Assembly: GCA_965240325.2 (NCBI GenBank)
Contig: OZ251242.1
Coordinates: forward strand, 992,001-1,056,000
Reading direction: 5' to 3'
Length of the DNA: 64,000 nt
Source: Rebecca billardiae RCC1528
Lineage: Eukaryota; Protista; Haptophyta
The notes under the pieces were generated by a model, which did no database searches, was not told the DNA's origin, and saw only the letters and a program-made list of their open reading frames with translations. Shown here piece by piece: positions 1 to 12,005 of the stretch (its first letter is position 1; every line of letters begins with the position of its first letter). Both the position numbers and the translations under genes were made by a program.

Positions 1-2
1 GT

Positions 3-1091
3 CTCAAGCAGTCCGGCCGCAACTGGCGTCTCATGATCGACGACTGGATGAAGGAGTACGGGTTCGCGCAGAGCCAGGCCGACCCGTGCCTCTATGTCCT
101 CAACACGCAGTCGGGCATCATCGCAGTGTGCATCTACGTGGACGACATGCTCATCCTCGACGACAGCGACGACCCGACCGCCTGCGACAACTTCATCTCG
201 AAGATCACATCCTCGTACAAGATGACCATCACGGCCGACATCGACGGCTACCTGTCGGCCACGCTCACGCGATCCAAGGACGGCATCATGGTGACCGTCA
301 CCAAGAACATCCTCGAGCTCCTCGAGAAGACGGGCTTCATGAACTGCAACACGTCCGACACGCCGATGACCGAGGGCCTCAAGCTCGGCCAGTGCTCCGA
401 GTCGGACGCGCTCGACGCGGAGACGACGACGTTCTTCCGCTCCGTGGTCGGCTCGCTCATCCACATCACGCAGTTTCGCCCGGACATCGCCTACGCCGTC
501 GGCACGCTCACCCACTTCATGTCCAAGCCGGGCAAGAAGCACCTCGAGGCTGCCAAGCGCGTCATCCGCTACCTCGCCGGCACGCCGAACCACGGCCTCT
601 TCTTCCGCTCGGGCTCGGACGTCATGCTCGTCGCGTACGTGGACGCCGACTACGCCAACGACCTCCACGACGAGCGCAAGTCTGTCACCGGCTACGTGAT
701 GCACCTCTGCGGCTCGACGGTGAGCGGCCGCCGCGAGAAGCAGCGCACGACGGCTCTGAGCTCGACCGAAGCTGAGTACATGGCCGTCACCTCCGCCGGC
801 AAGGAGATCATCTTCATGCGCAAGCTGCTCACCGACCTCGGCTACCCGCAGCTCGCGCCGACCAAGCTCTTCGAGGACAACAAGGCGGTGGTGGACCTCA
901 CGGACAACGAGAAGTACCACAACCGCACCAAGCACATCGACGTCCAGTACCACTGGAACCGTCAGCACGCCCGCGCCGGCACCTTCAAGCTCTTCTTGAT
1001 CCCCGGCACCGAGAACCCGGCCGACATCATGACCAAGCCGCTCGGCCCGGCCGCCTTCCTCAAACTTCGTGCTCAGATCCTGGGCATGTAA
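3..1091 (+). CDS. Copia-type Pol, reverse transcriptase plus RNase H (5'-partial)
   Basis: Frame is open from the window start. RT motifs: (G)LKQSGRNW, DPCLY, YVDD, RPDIAYAV. RNase H motifs: YVDADYA, RKSVTGY, ALSSTEAEY, EDNKA, RTKHIDVQYH, NPADIMTKPL. Stop TAA at 1089-1091. Confidence 0.95.
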   Translation, partial: LKQSGRNWRLMIDDWMKEYGFAQSQADPCLYVLNTQSGIIAVCIYVDDMLILDDSDDPTACDNFISKITSSYKMTITADIDGYLSATLTRSKDGIMVTVTKNILELLEKTGFMNCNTSDTPMTEGLKLGQCSESDALDAETTTFFRSVVGSLIHITQFRPDIAYAVGTLTHFMSKPGKKHLEAAKRVIRYLAGTPNHGLFFRSGSDVMLVAYVDADYANDLHDERKSVTGYVMHLCGSTVSGRREKQRTTALSSTEAEYMAVTSAGKEIIFMRKLLTDLGYPQLAPTKLFEDNKAVVDLTDNEKYHNRTKHIDVQYHWNRQHARAGTFKLFLIPGTENPADIMTKPLGPAAFLKLRAQILGM

Positions 1092-1357
1092 GGCCTCGCC
1101 GCATACACGAAGTCCCAGTGCTACATCGGTCGCCGCTCGTCGGACGCACATTGACCTCACGCTGTCTCTTCTGAACGGAGACGCTGCCGGCACCGACTCG
1201 CCCGACTTCTACATCGTCTACTCGGACAACCGCTCCGACGCATGCATCCCATACGGCAACATCGCATCATCTACAATCACACGATGGTCACACGTCTACA
1301 CCCAGTCCCTTCGGGTCGACCAGGTTTCGTACGACCACCGCTGCGATTGGGTGGGGG

Positions 1358-1687
1358 TGTCAAGATCCAACGTTACCCGGACTCGCTCTCCCGTGCGTAC
1401 ACACCCGGATCACCAACCGTCACACTACACCAGACTACACCGACATTCATTATCGAGTCGGGATCATACACGCGCCCATCATGGCCACTTTCCCGACTTA
1501 CCCGTTGATGGCTATCAGTGCCTCCAGCACAGTCTTAGACGGCTCGGGATTCCTTCCTCGCCAGGGCAGTTCAGTTCCGTATCGCTTCACTGCACCTCGA
1601 GTCGAACTCCAGTCCCTCGGGGCATCCTCGCCCCCCTCGTCACGCTCTCGGGCCTCACGGCCCTGTCGCTCTCTTCACCCTTTGACA
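1358..1687 (+). repeat. 3' LTR (330 bp) of the copia element
   Basis: TG...CA ends with a 6-bp terminal inverted repeat TGTCAA/TTGACA, directly after the PPT. The 5' LTR is not in the window for comparison. Confidence 0.8.
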
Positions 1688-2074
1688 GACAAAATATTCG
1701 GAATTATTATTCGACGAAAATCGGAAAATGCTATATAGGTAAAAAATCTTTTCAGCGTCAGATCCTGCGCGGAAGTCCGGGCGGCCGGGATCGGCGGTTA
1801 GTATTGAAGCGTCGCCGTCGCGGGCCGAAAAGAGCCCCATGCCGGGCGACTGCGCGATCGCCCCCGCCGCGCGGATGTGGGGTGCACGCCGCTGCGTGGA
1901 GCTTTCGGCGCGCGGCGTCCATGATGGCGCAGTCAGAGTCGATGGTACGCGACGCACCGCCTCTCTCCTTGCCGCCCCCTGCCTTCGCTCGCGCACAATT
2001 GCGCAGTTTGCATCATGTCACCACTTCGTGCCGCCTGCTCCATGTTCACGCGCGCGCGGTGCGAGTTTGAGACG

Positions 2075-2153
2075 TGACCTTGGGACACTTTTTCGCGGAT
2101 CGTGGCGTGCCATATGTTTCAACTTGCGAGCGCCAAAAAGTGTCCCAAGGTCA
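2075..2153. repeat. Perfect 19-bp inverted repeat with 41-nt spacer
   Basis: TGACCTTGGGACACTTTTT (2075-2093) and AAAAAGTGTCCCAAGGTCA (2135-2153). Confidence 0.85.
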
Positions 2154-3573
2154 GTCTTTTTTCGGGAGCAATCTGTGGGTGCACGAACAGCCCGTTTGTC
2201 TGCCCGACACACGGCTGTTCATTCTGCAAGCACGGCATGTCGGCCCGGGAGCACCTGGCGTTGGTCGCGAACCCGCCCCGTGCATTGTCCATGGCCTGCC
2301 CAGTACTGCGCCACCCATCTTCCCCACCCTCGCGCGCACTGCTCGGTCACACGATCATGTCGTACAGCGCAGATGGCTCGGCGGCCGGAGCGGCGGGATG
2401 TGCCGTGTGCGAGCGCACATAGCCATAAGGCAAAAAGCCGAACTCCCTCAAGAGCGTGCATCGAGGCTGCAGTAGACACGTGGCGCACTCGCTCCGGCAC
2501 GATCCCGTGGCCGGATCCCACCTTCGGCGCTCGCACAGCCTGCTGTTGACTGGCGTAGCCACATCTGTTGGCAAGCCGGAGCGCTCGAGGAGTTGCACGC
2601 GCGGGCACGGGCGTCGCAGCCTACGGAACAGGTGCGTGCCATCGCTTCGTCGTCGTGGAGGGGACGTAGACAGCGGTGAGCGACGACGGAGGCGACTTTG
2701 GCACACTGTGTGGTAGCAACAATGCCGCCAGCCACGGGTGCGTCGGCGCGAACCGAGTAGGCGCAAAAGTACAAGGCGGTCAACTCAGCGAGCGCGCACG
2801 CGTGGCAGGCTGTGCTGGGCGGACAGGTCGTGTGCCAACCGTGTGAACGTGCGCAATACGCCCGCCGTGATGTCCTTCTAGATTGCGCCCCTCGCGCGAC
2901 CTCGCCTGGTGGTGCGAGCTGCCTCCCGGGACCTGAGGACCGAGTACGCATCCGGCAGCAGTCAGGCCGGTCCCATTGGTGATCCTCAACAGCCGCGCGC
3001 ATGATCATGGCAGTGGCTAGTTTGGCTCGAGGCGCGTGCCATGGCTTCGAGAACATCGCATGCGATGGCACGCGCAGCTTTGGCGTCGTCGGGAGCGACG
3101 TCATCGCATCCCTCAGCAACACGACACGCAGACAGCGTGCCGCCAACAAGAACGGCAAGCATGCACGAGGACGTGTTGATGGCGCTTTACTGACTTGATT
3201 AACGATGCGCGCGTACACGTATGATGTACGCCGGGTATGGTGGCTACGTGGATCGCCAACCTTTCGCCTCCTCTGGTAGGGCATGGGCTGCCGCGCCGTT
3301 CTCGATCGCCGCTTTCCGGCCCGTGCGTGCGACCGAGCGCATTGGCGAGGTGAAGGCGCGGGAGGGGGCGAGTGAGCGGCTGCGCGAAGGCGCACGATGC
3401 TACTGGGTGCGGAGCACCCCTCCGCCAGCTCCGCGCGCGTTCATGCGGGCTGCCGCGTGCGCCCAAAGACAGCGTGTCGCCCAGTGGCGGCGCACGCGGC
3501 ACGATGGCGGACGTCCGCCGGACTTCCGCGCTTCCTAATCAGGGATCCGACAGGGATCCAATAATTTGTTACC

Positions 3574-3712
3574 TATATATATATATATATTAACGACGTG
3601 GTAACTGGTATGCAACGGGCAGGCGTCAGAGTCAGCAAGCTGTAGCTAGCAGCAGATCGAGCAGCAGAGACAAACACCAGGATCAGCGCTCCTCGCCGTC
3701 GTCCCCCCAGGC

Positions 3713-3752
<40 letters not shown>
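3574..3752. repeat. (TA)n and (GA)n microsatellites
   Basis: TA run 3574-3590; TA then GA run 3713-3752. Confidence 0.95.
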
Positions 3753-3756
<4 letters not shown>

Positions 3757-3816
3757 TATTGAGCCGTAAAATAACTGATTCATATTCATAATCAAAACGT
3801 ACGTAGTATTTCGAGA

Positions 3817-4485
3817 CTACAATATATTCAGAATTTTGTCGATGGATTGCGGCCGGAGCCCGCGCAAGCCCGGATTTCGTCCGCCAACTCTACGGCGAGC
3901 ACGATCCTGAGGCAATCCGACTGTAGGATCCGGCGCACTAGGGCGCGCGCGCAGGCCGCCGTGGGCGTGTGCACGTTTGGGCTTGTCGTGGTGCTCGTGG
4001 CAGCACACGCGCGCGCGTGGGCGCCCAACGCGGCCTGAGAGTGCTCCGAGCGCATCCGATGAGTACACCGCATACTTCTGGGTCTCGTCGGCCTGCCCCG
4101 ACGGGCGGTTGGCGGTGTTGAGCCCGCCCGTATCGATGTCGTGCCCTCCGTCGTGGGACGACGCAAGCGAGCGCAGCCCCTCGGGAGCCTCAGCCATGCG
4201 GCTGCACTCGGCACAGCGCGCGATGAGTGCGGCGGCGCCTTCGAGATACGCCGTACGGAGCTTGCTGACATCCCGAATGACCTCTCGCTCGCGCTTGATG
4301 GTGGTGCTCGCCTGCTTGATCCACTTGTCGTCGTCGTTGATGGCGCGCCGGCACTTCTCGGCCTCGGCCATCGACTCTGACACCTTGCGCTGGTCGTTGT
4401 CCATGTCGCGCGCGTCTGTGAGGTCTCTTCGGGTGCGCATGGCCCTCACGCGCACCGCCTCACGCGCGAGATCGCGGCATATCAC
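3817..4485 (-). CDS. Possible hypothetical protein with a coiled-coil-like charged segment
   Basis: 222-aa ORF with protein-like composition in the middle (ESMAEAEKCRRAINDDDKWIKQASTTIKRERE). It begins at GTG and has no recognisable domain. Confidence 0.25.
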   Translation of the reverse strand: MICRDLAREAVRVRAMRTRRDLTDARDMDNDQRKVSESMAEAEKCRRAINDDDKWIKQASTTIKREREVIRDVSKLRTAYLEGAAALIARCAECSRMAEAPEGLRSLASSHDGGHDIDTGGLNTANRPSGQADETQKYAVYSSDALGALSGRVGRPRARVCCHEHHDKPKRAHAHGGLRARPSAPDPTVGLPQDRARRRVGGRNPGLRGLRPQSIDKILNIL

Positions 4486-5050
4486 GCCCAGGTCCTCCTG
4501 CGGCGTGTCCTTGCGCGTGCGCCGGGCGGCGGCGCCATGCTGTTCGAACGGTTCGCCGGGTGGCGTCCGGATTCCCCGAACCTGAACAATGATGATGCAC
4601 CTTTTTTGGTTTAAGGCCTTGGAGATTATTCGCAGATTACTTGATTCCTTTGATTACACCGCGAAGCGTTTTTCCTCGTCGTCTGTTTGCGAGTTTCGCC
4701 TGCCGGTGCTGTCCAATCAGGGTGCTGGTAGTAGGTCTGGAGGCTTCGGCCGCCAGTCTGATCACCCGGAGCCCATTATAGTTTCAAAGGGGAATTTATT
4801 TAATCATCGGCCTATCTCAACCAACCAGGGCCGTTACGTAATCAGGTTAAAAGTATGATGATATGATGATCACGGCCGGGGTATGGTATGATTATTATAA
4901 TAGACTGCATCCGCGCGTCGTAGGTCGCTCACCAACAAAGTATGTGAAACTTACCCCAGCCAACCATATGGCGGGCCGTAATCATATCGATCAGTTTTGT
5001 ACTCGTCCTCCCGTCATTCACCTCGGTCGGCCCGCGCTGGAGCGAGACTC

Positions 5051-6376
5051 ATGCGGGGGGCAGCTCGCGCCCTGCAGATCGCGGCTTGGCTCCTCGCGCT
5101 GGGCGAGCCCATCCGGGCGAGCGAGCCGGCGTGCGTCCCCGTGGACGTGGCGCTCGTCGCCGACGCGCATCCAGCCGACGTGAGCTGGGAGCTGCGCCGC
5201 CTCAACAGCACGTCTGGCGGCAGCGACGTGGTCGCGTCGGCGGGCAACAGCTCGGGTGGCTCCGCGTGCGTGAGCGCGGGTGGGTACGAGTTCGAGATCC
5301 GCGACGAGTCGGGCGACGGGCTATGCTGTGAGCACGGCGCGGGCTCGTACCGCGTGTACGTCAGCGGCGTGCTCGAGCTCGCCGGCGGCCAGTTCGGCGA
5401 GCGCGAGCTGCTGCCGCTCGAGGTGTCGCACCGGCCGCCCGCCCCGCCCGCGCCGCCGCCGTCGCCGCCCGCGCCGCCGCCGTCGCCGCCGCCGCCTTCG
5501 CCGCCGCCTGCGCCGCCCACGCCACCCACGCCGCCGCCGCACGCAGCCACGTGCGTCTCGCTCGCCGTGCGCATCGAGCCGGACGAGCGCCCCGAGGAGA
5601 CGTCGTTCCTCGTGCAGCGCGAGGGCGGCGACTGGGCAGTCGTGCTGGCCGGCGGGTCCGAGGGCGGCGAGGCGTGCCTCGCGCCGGGCGTGTACCACGT
5701 GACGCTCGAGGACACCGGCGGCGACGGCATCTGCTGCAGCGCCGGCGACGGCGCCTACTCCGTCTGGCTCGACGGCGCGCTCGTCGCCGAGGGCGGCGAG
5801 TTTGGCGCGCACAAAGTGCTCCGCGTCCACGCGTTCGGCTCGCCGGCGCCGCCGCCCACGCCGCCGTCGCCGCCGCCCGCGCCGCCGTCGCCGCCCGCGC
5901 CGCCGCCCGCGCCGCCCTCGCCGCCGCGCGCGCCGCCGCCGCCCTCGCCCGCGCCGCCGCCGCCATGCATTTCCGTCTCGATCGACATCACGCCCGACGA
6001 CTACCCGTCGGAGACGTCGTGGGATCTGTTCGCGCTCGACGCGGCGGGCGAGCCGGCGGCGGAGGTGGCGAGCGCGGATCTCGGGGAGAGCGGCGAGCTG
6101 TGCCTGCCCGCCGGGCCGTACGCGTTCACCATCTACGACGTGTGGGGCGACGGCATCTGCTGCTCCTACGGCTTTGGCGCGTACGCGCTGCGCGTGAGCG
6201 GCGTGCAGGTGGCGGCGGGCGGGGCGTTTGGCTTCTCCGCGACGTTCGCCTTTGTCGCCGAGGCGGTGCTGTCGCCGCCGCCGCCGCCGCCGAGCCCGCC
6301 GAGCGCGCCGCCGAGCCCGCCGGTCCCGCCGGTCCCACCGAGCCGCCCGCCGAGCCCGCCCGCCCCGCCCGCCGAC

Positions 6377-6435
<59 letters not shown>

Positions 6436-9400
6436 CATGCGCGCGGTCGGGGCCGACTACGTCGGGCGCAACGGGTACGTCCTCTCGTTCGGCGCGCGGT
6501 TCGGCGGCTCGGGCACGCGCGAGCTCTCGCTGATGGGCGCGATGCGCGACGCTGGCGTCGACGTCGCCGCCTTCTCGCGCGGCTTCACGCTCAGCGCGTG
6601 GCTCCGCTTCCCCGAGGCCGACACTGAGTGGTCGTCGCCGCCGATCAACCTCGGCTCCGGCCGCCTTCCCAACTTCTTCCAGCCGTTCGAGGGCCCGCAC
6701 GAGGCGGGGGTGTTCTGCGGGGAGACGATCCCGACGCCGCCGCTGTCGCACCTCTTCGCCGACGCCGCCGCCGGCGTGCACGCGTGGCACTGGTACGCGC
6801 TCACCCACGACCCGGCCAACGGCACGGCGGCCATCTTCATCGACGGCGAGCTGCGCGCGTCGTGGCGCGCGTGCGAGGGCGTCAGCCTCGCCGAGCTCGA
6901 GCCGTACCTGGTGCTGGGCGTGCGCTGCGAGATCGACCAGGAGGACAGCGGGGCGCTCCCCGTGTGCATGATGTCCGAGTTCGGCACGGGGCAGTGGGCC
7001 CACGACTTTGGCGGCGAGATGGACGATCTCGCTCTCTTCTCGCGCGCGCTCGCGCCGGTCGAGCTGCGCGCGCGCGCGCACGCCTCGCTGCGCAACCGGA
7101 TCGCCTCGGGCGCGGAGCCGGACCTGTTGCTGCTGTGGGACTTCAACTCGGTGGTCGAGCGCGGCGACGCGAGCGGGCTGCCGAGCGTGCCCAACGCCGG
7201 CGCCGCCGGGAACGCGCCCTCCCTCGACCTCGTGCTCGGTGCGCTGCCGACCGCGCCGGCCGCCCCGGCCGCGGCCGGCAGCGCGGCGCAGGCGGAGCCG
7301 AGGCTGAGCACCGCCTTCAACGACATGCACCGCATGACGACGCACCTGATCAGCTTCGTGCCGCCCGCGCGCGTGCCCAGCACCGACTCCACCGCGTGGG
7401 CCTCGGCCAAGGAGCCCGACGCCGACGCGCCCGTCGTGCTCGCCGCGCGGCGCGGCGCGAGCGTCACAGTGCACCGCGACGGAATCGTGTTTAGTCACAC
7501 AGTGCCCGAGGACGCGCCGGCGGGCGTGCCCGCGGTGTTCCGCGTGGCGCGCGCGGGCGGCGGCGAGGTGGTCGTGCACGTGCTCCCGCGCGAGCGCGCG
7601 CTCGCCGCGCCGCACACCGACCCGCACGTCACCGCGCTGTACATGGCCCTCACCACCGCCGAGGACACTGCGATGTGGCTGCATTTGCCGGGCTCCGACC
7701 GGCTCGGCAGCCCAGTGCGTTGGATGGTCACTCGGCTGCCGGAAGCGGGCACGCTGGTGGGGCAGCCGGAGGGCGAGGCGCTCGGCGCGCTCGACGCGCC
7801 GCTGCAGTGGCTCTCGAGCCCGACCGTGCAGTACACCCCGCCGCCCGGCGAGTCCGGCCTGGCCCTCGCCTCCTTCTCGTACGTAACGGTTATTCCGGGC
7901 GAGCCGACGCTCACGTCGGCCGAGGCGACGGTCGTGGTGACGGTGGAGGCGGTGGACCGGGTGCCGACGGTGCAGGCGCCGAGTCGGCTGAGCATGCGCG
8001 AGGACAACGAGGGCGTGCGGTTCGACGTGGCGCCCCTCGACGAGGAGAACCACACCGCCGCCGAGCTCGTCGTCACCGCCCTCCCCGCGCACGGCACGCT
8101 GTACGCTTTGGGCGAAGGCGGCGGCCGCCGACTGATCGACCGCGCATACACAACCTGGGACGTCTCGGGCGTGGTCGAGCAGTACGCGTCGAGCGTGCGC
8201 GCGGTGTCGTCGTTCCACTCGAAGTCGCGCGGGACGGTGCGCGAGCTGATGCTCGAGCACCCGCTCACCATGCTCGGCGAGCCGTACTGCACCGACATCG
8301 GCATCGTCGACGTGGTCGACACTTGCCCGCCGGGCGGCGGCTGGCAAGCTAATCCAGATGTGCCCGTGCCGCGCGGCGCCCTAGTGCTGTACCGCGCGCC
8401 CGCCGAGGCGGAGGGCGAGGCGGAGGGCGAGGGCGTACTCGCGACGGTGCTGTCGTACGACCCGGCCACGCGCGAGCTCGAGCTCGAGCTCGCGCGCATG
8501 TACAAGCCCGACCCGTCCGCCTCCGCGCCAGAGTCCGACTGGGCGGAGTGCTTCATGCGCCCGGATTCCTTGTCGCTTGTGTGGCCGGACTCGTGCCTGC
8601 TGCCGGGCGAGGGCGGCGTGCCGTTCGGGCGCACGGTGCGCGCGGCGCGCGAGGGCGTGGTGCCGCTGCTGCCGGACGAGTCGTACTGGACGCCGCGCCA
8701 CCAGGGCTTCGTCGGCGACCTCACGCTGCGCGGCGGCGGCGCGTTCGGACCCGAGTTTCGTTTTGAGCATAACCAGGCAGCCACGTACCCGCGGCCACCC
8801 AATCAGCACTCGGAGCCGTCCACCGAGTTCATCGAGCTGGGCGTGGACGAGGCGGTGTACGTGATCGGGCTGGAGCTGGGGATGCGCGACGGCGTGGGCG
8901 CCGTCGTCGAGGTGCGCGCGCTCGACGAGGACAGCGGCGCGTGGCAGCAGCTCTACTCGGAGGTGCCACAGGCAGATGTCGGGCGCGCGCACTGGGCGCA
9001 GCGCCGCATGTGGCGCTGGACGGTGCCGAGCTGCCGCACGCACTTCAAGGCGCGGTACTTCCACGTGCGGCTGGACACGAGCCGCGAGACGGGCGTCGCC
9101 GGCGTGAACTCGCTCAAGTACTTCCTCGTGCTCGGCGCCGGCGAGCTCCAGCCCGGCGCGCTCCGCTCGCACGAGCGCACGCTGACTTACGTGCCTGAGC
9201 CTGACGCTTTCGGCGCGGACAGCTTCAGCCTCGGCGCGACCGACTGCCCGGGCGCGCTGCGCCGCACGTCGGCGCCCAAGGCGGTCGAGGTGGCGATCGA
9301 GAGCGTGAACGACGCGCCGACGGCGACGGACGTCGAGAAGAGCGTGCTCGCCGGCGAGCGCGTCGCAGTCCGCCTTGAGCTCGGCGACGTGGACGATGAG

Positions 9401-12005
9401 GCGGACGCGCTGAGCGTGAGCGTGCGCTCGCTGCCGCCGTGGGGCGTCGTGCGCGACGGCGCGGGCGAGGCGGTGGAGAGGGCGGGGCAGAAGCTGTCGC
9501 TCTCGGACGACGGCGACGGCGGGCGGCACTTCGAGCTGCGCTTCGAGGCGCCCGACGAGATCCCCGACCCCGAGATCGACGAGCTCGGCGCGCGCGTCGG
9601 CCGCGTCGAAATTGAGTATGCGGTGCGCGACCGCGCGGGCGCGAGCTCGAGCGCGCGCGTGCGCGTGACGGTGCGGCAGGAGGCGGAGGCGGTGGAGGCG
9701 CAGTTCCCGATCGAGGCGGTGTACACGATCGTGGCCGTCTCGATCTGCATGGGCGTGCTCCTCGCCGCCCTCTTCGCCTACCTCTGCCGCGACTGGTACC
9801 GCCGCGTGCGCTCCGCACTTGACGAGCAGCACGCGCAGCGCGAGGCGCGCATGGAGCGCGTGCGGTACGCGGCGCACATGGTGACAGAGGTGGGGTACAG
9901 CCTGTGCTCGCTGCCGTTCCCCGCGCTGAAGGGGCTCGGCGCGCTCGTGCCGCACGAGGAGCTGCGCGACGCGGGGCAGCTGCTCATGATCGACGACTAC
10001 GGCCAGATCCTGCAGGAGGGAGATCGCAAGCTCGTCTTCATCTCACATCAGGTGCGGCGTGCGGCGTGTGGCATGTGGCGTGTGCGTGTGGCGTGTGCGT
10101 GCGGCGTGTGCGTGCGGCGTGTGGCATGCGTCGCGCGTGCGCGGCTGCTGCGGGTGCAGCAGCGCACGGCACCGCGCGGAACATGCCCCCATCTCGCGCC
10201 GCCCACCGCCGCAAGCGCCTTACCGCCGCGCGCCCGCCCGCCGCGCTCTGTCTCCCACGGCGCCCTCGGCGCGCGCGGCCGCAGTGGCTCTCCCCACTGC
10301 TCCCGGACCCGGACGGCACGCACTACGCGGCCATCGTGCGCGCGTGCGAGGCGCTGTGCGCGCGCGAAGCCATCGAGCCGCACAACCTGTACGTCTGGGT
10401 AAGCAGTGCCACCCGCGCGATCGCGCGCGCGCGCGCGCGCGCGCCGAGGTCGGGCGTGGTCGACACGCGATCACGCGCGCACACACGCGAGGCGGCGGGG
10501 GGCCTGGTCGGCGAGAGCGCGCGGCGCTGCGCGGCGCTGCGCGGCTCGGCGCGCGGCTCGGCGCGTGCGCCGCCGTGTGCTGCTGCGCGCGCGGCGCCGC
10601 GCTGCGCGCGGCTCGCTCCGCTGACCGCGCGCCCTGCCGCCCATGCCACCCTCACAGGTCGACTTCTGTAGCATCCCGCAGCGCAACATCTGGCTGCAGC
10701 GCAGCGCGGTCGACACACTCGCGGTCTTCTCGAGCACGTGCCGCTACTTCATCGTGCTCGCGCCGCCGGCGGTGCATGAGACCACGGGCCTGCCGTGCAC
10801 GCTCGAGACCTACCACCGGGTGCGCGCGCGCGCGCGCTGCGCTCCGTGGACGACGCGCCCCGCTCGAATGGACGCGCCTCTCTCAGACGCGCCCGCTGCC
10901 GCCCACCGCGCTCCTCGCCTCTCCGCCCCGCGCCCCGGCTGCGCAGCGCGGGTGGTGCCGGCTCGAGCAGTGGGCCAAGATGGCGCTGAGCGGCACGCAG
11001 GGCATGTTCGCCTACGAGACCGAGCTGCAGCCGCTCGGCGAGCGCGACGGGTACCTGTCCGAGGTGGTGCGTGTGATGGAGGGCGAGTTCACGCACCCGC
11101 TCTCCGACCGCCCGAAGATAGTGGACGTGTGCGTCGGGCTGTACACGCTCGCGCGCGCGCGGCCCAACGCCAACCAGGACTTCATCGACGCCGTGCGCTC
11201 GGACGAGAGCGCCATCTTCCCGGCAGACCTCTTCGGCGACCTGATCGAGATTGCCAACGAGATCGCGGACGAGCTCGCCGCCTCCGGCCGCTCGGGCGGA
11301 ATCTCGATGGTCGAGATGCACGGGCGGCCCAAAGTGCATGCGGAGGCTGACTTGGTGCGAAGGCGCGCGAGGCAGGACGCGCTGGGCAACGCCGCCGAGC
11401 TCGGCGCCACGCCGCGGCGGCGGGCGAAGAAGGCCAATGACGGCTCGGCCGCCACGCTCGGCCGCCAGTGGAATCTGACCGGCAACTACCCGCCTGTGCA
11501 CGAGTCCAGCTGCCTCACGTCTGCGCACTTGAGCAACCACCGGCCCGATGGCGGCTCGTCCGCGAGCCTCTTCGACGCGTACGGCCGCCCGCAGGGCGCG
11601 CGGCGCGAACGCTGCTCGCGCGGCGACTCGTTCTCGAGCACGTCGAGCGCCGGCAGGCCGCTGCCGCTCGCCAAGCCGAAGAGCTTCCTGGGACTCTCGT
11701 GGGGCAGCGCCGAGAATGGCAGGCAACCGGCCAGCGGCGACCGGACCCCTTCCCCGCCGCCGCCTGATGGCGCGCAGCAGCCGAGTCCAAGGGGCATACT
11801 GTCGACTACTGTCGGCTCGCGCGCGCGCGTCACGCCCACCATAAGCTCGCCGGTGCAGGCATCGATCGACGAGGCGAGCTTGCCCGGGGCCATCGTCGAT
11901 GCAGAGGCGGGACTGGTGCCTGCGTGCGAGTTGCCGGCGGCGGGCGGCGCTGGCGCGGTGTCGGTGACGAGGCCGAGCCAGTACTCAGTGGGCAGTGTCA
12001 CGTAG
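5051..12005 (+). CDS. Large single-pass type I membrane receptor: signal peptide, three DG(L/I)CC-G-G-Y beta-domains with poly-Pro linkers, LamG/ConA-like domain, cadherin/Big_9-like repeats, TM helix, cytoplasmic TIR/HET-like domain
   Basis: ATG 5051 with hydrophobic leader MRGAARALQIAAWLLALG. Exons 5051-10051, 10285-10398, 10658-10819 and 10947-12005; all introns are GT-AG and phase-consistent. LamG motifs: FTLSAW, WHWYALTHD, IFIDG, FGGEMDDLALFSRAL. Big_9-like motifs: TTAEDT, YTPPPG, YVPEPDAFGADSFS, VNDAPTA. TM helix VYTIVAVSICMGVLLAALFAYLC at about 9719-9787. Splicing joins FISHQ|WLS..PDP, YVW|VDFCSIPQ and YHR|RGWCRLEQW. Confidence 0.8.
6377..6436 (+). repeat. (CCG)n trinucleotide repeat encoding poly-proline
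   Basis: About 20 consecutive Pro codons inside the receptor CDS. Confidence 0.9.

Larger units (their letters stand above)
1..1687 (+). mobile_element. Ty1/copia LTR retrotransposon, 3' portion (RT-RNase H, PPT, 3' LTR); 5' part lies outside the window
   Basis: Copia pol motifs, followed by a G-rich PPT (GGGTGGGGG, 1349-1357) that abuts TGTCAA at 1358; the LTR ends in TTGACA at 1687. Confidence 0.92.

Noticed and set aside
1069-2070. 333-aa ORF after copia pol as an env-like gene
   Set aside because: It runs through the LTR into flanking DNA, starts at GTG, and has no TM segment or motif.
5321-9955. Long antisense and alternate-frame ORFs (e.g. 5321-8347, 8381-9955, and those opposite the RCC1 genes)
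   Set aside because: Arg/Ala-rich shadow frames produced by high GC3 codon usage; no domains.
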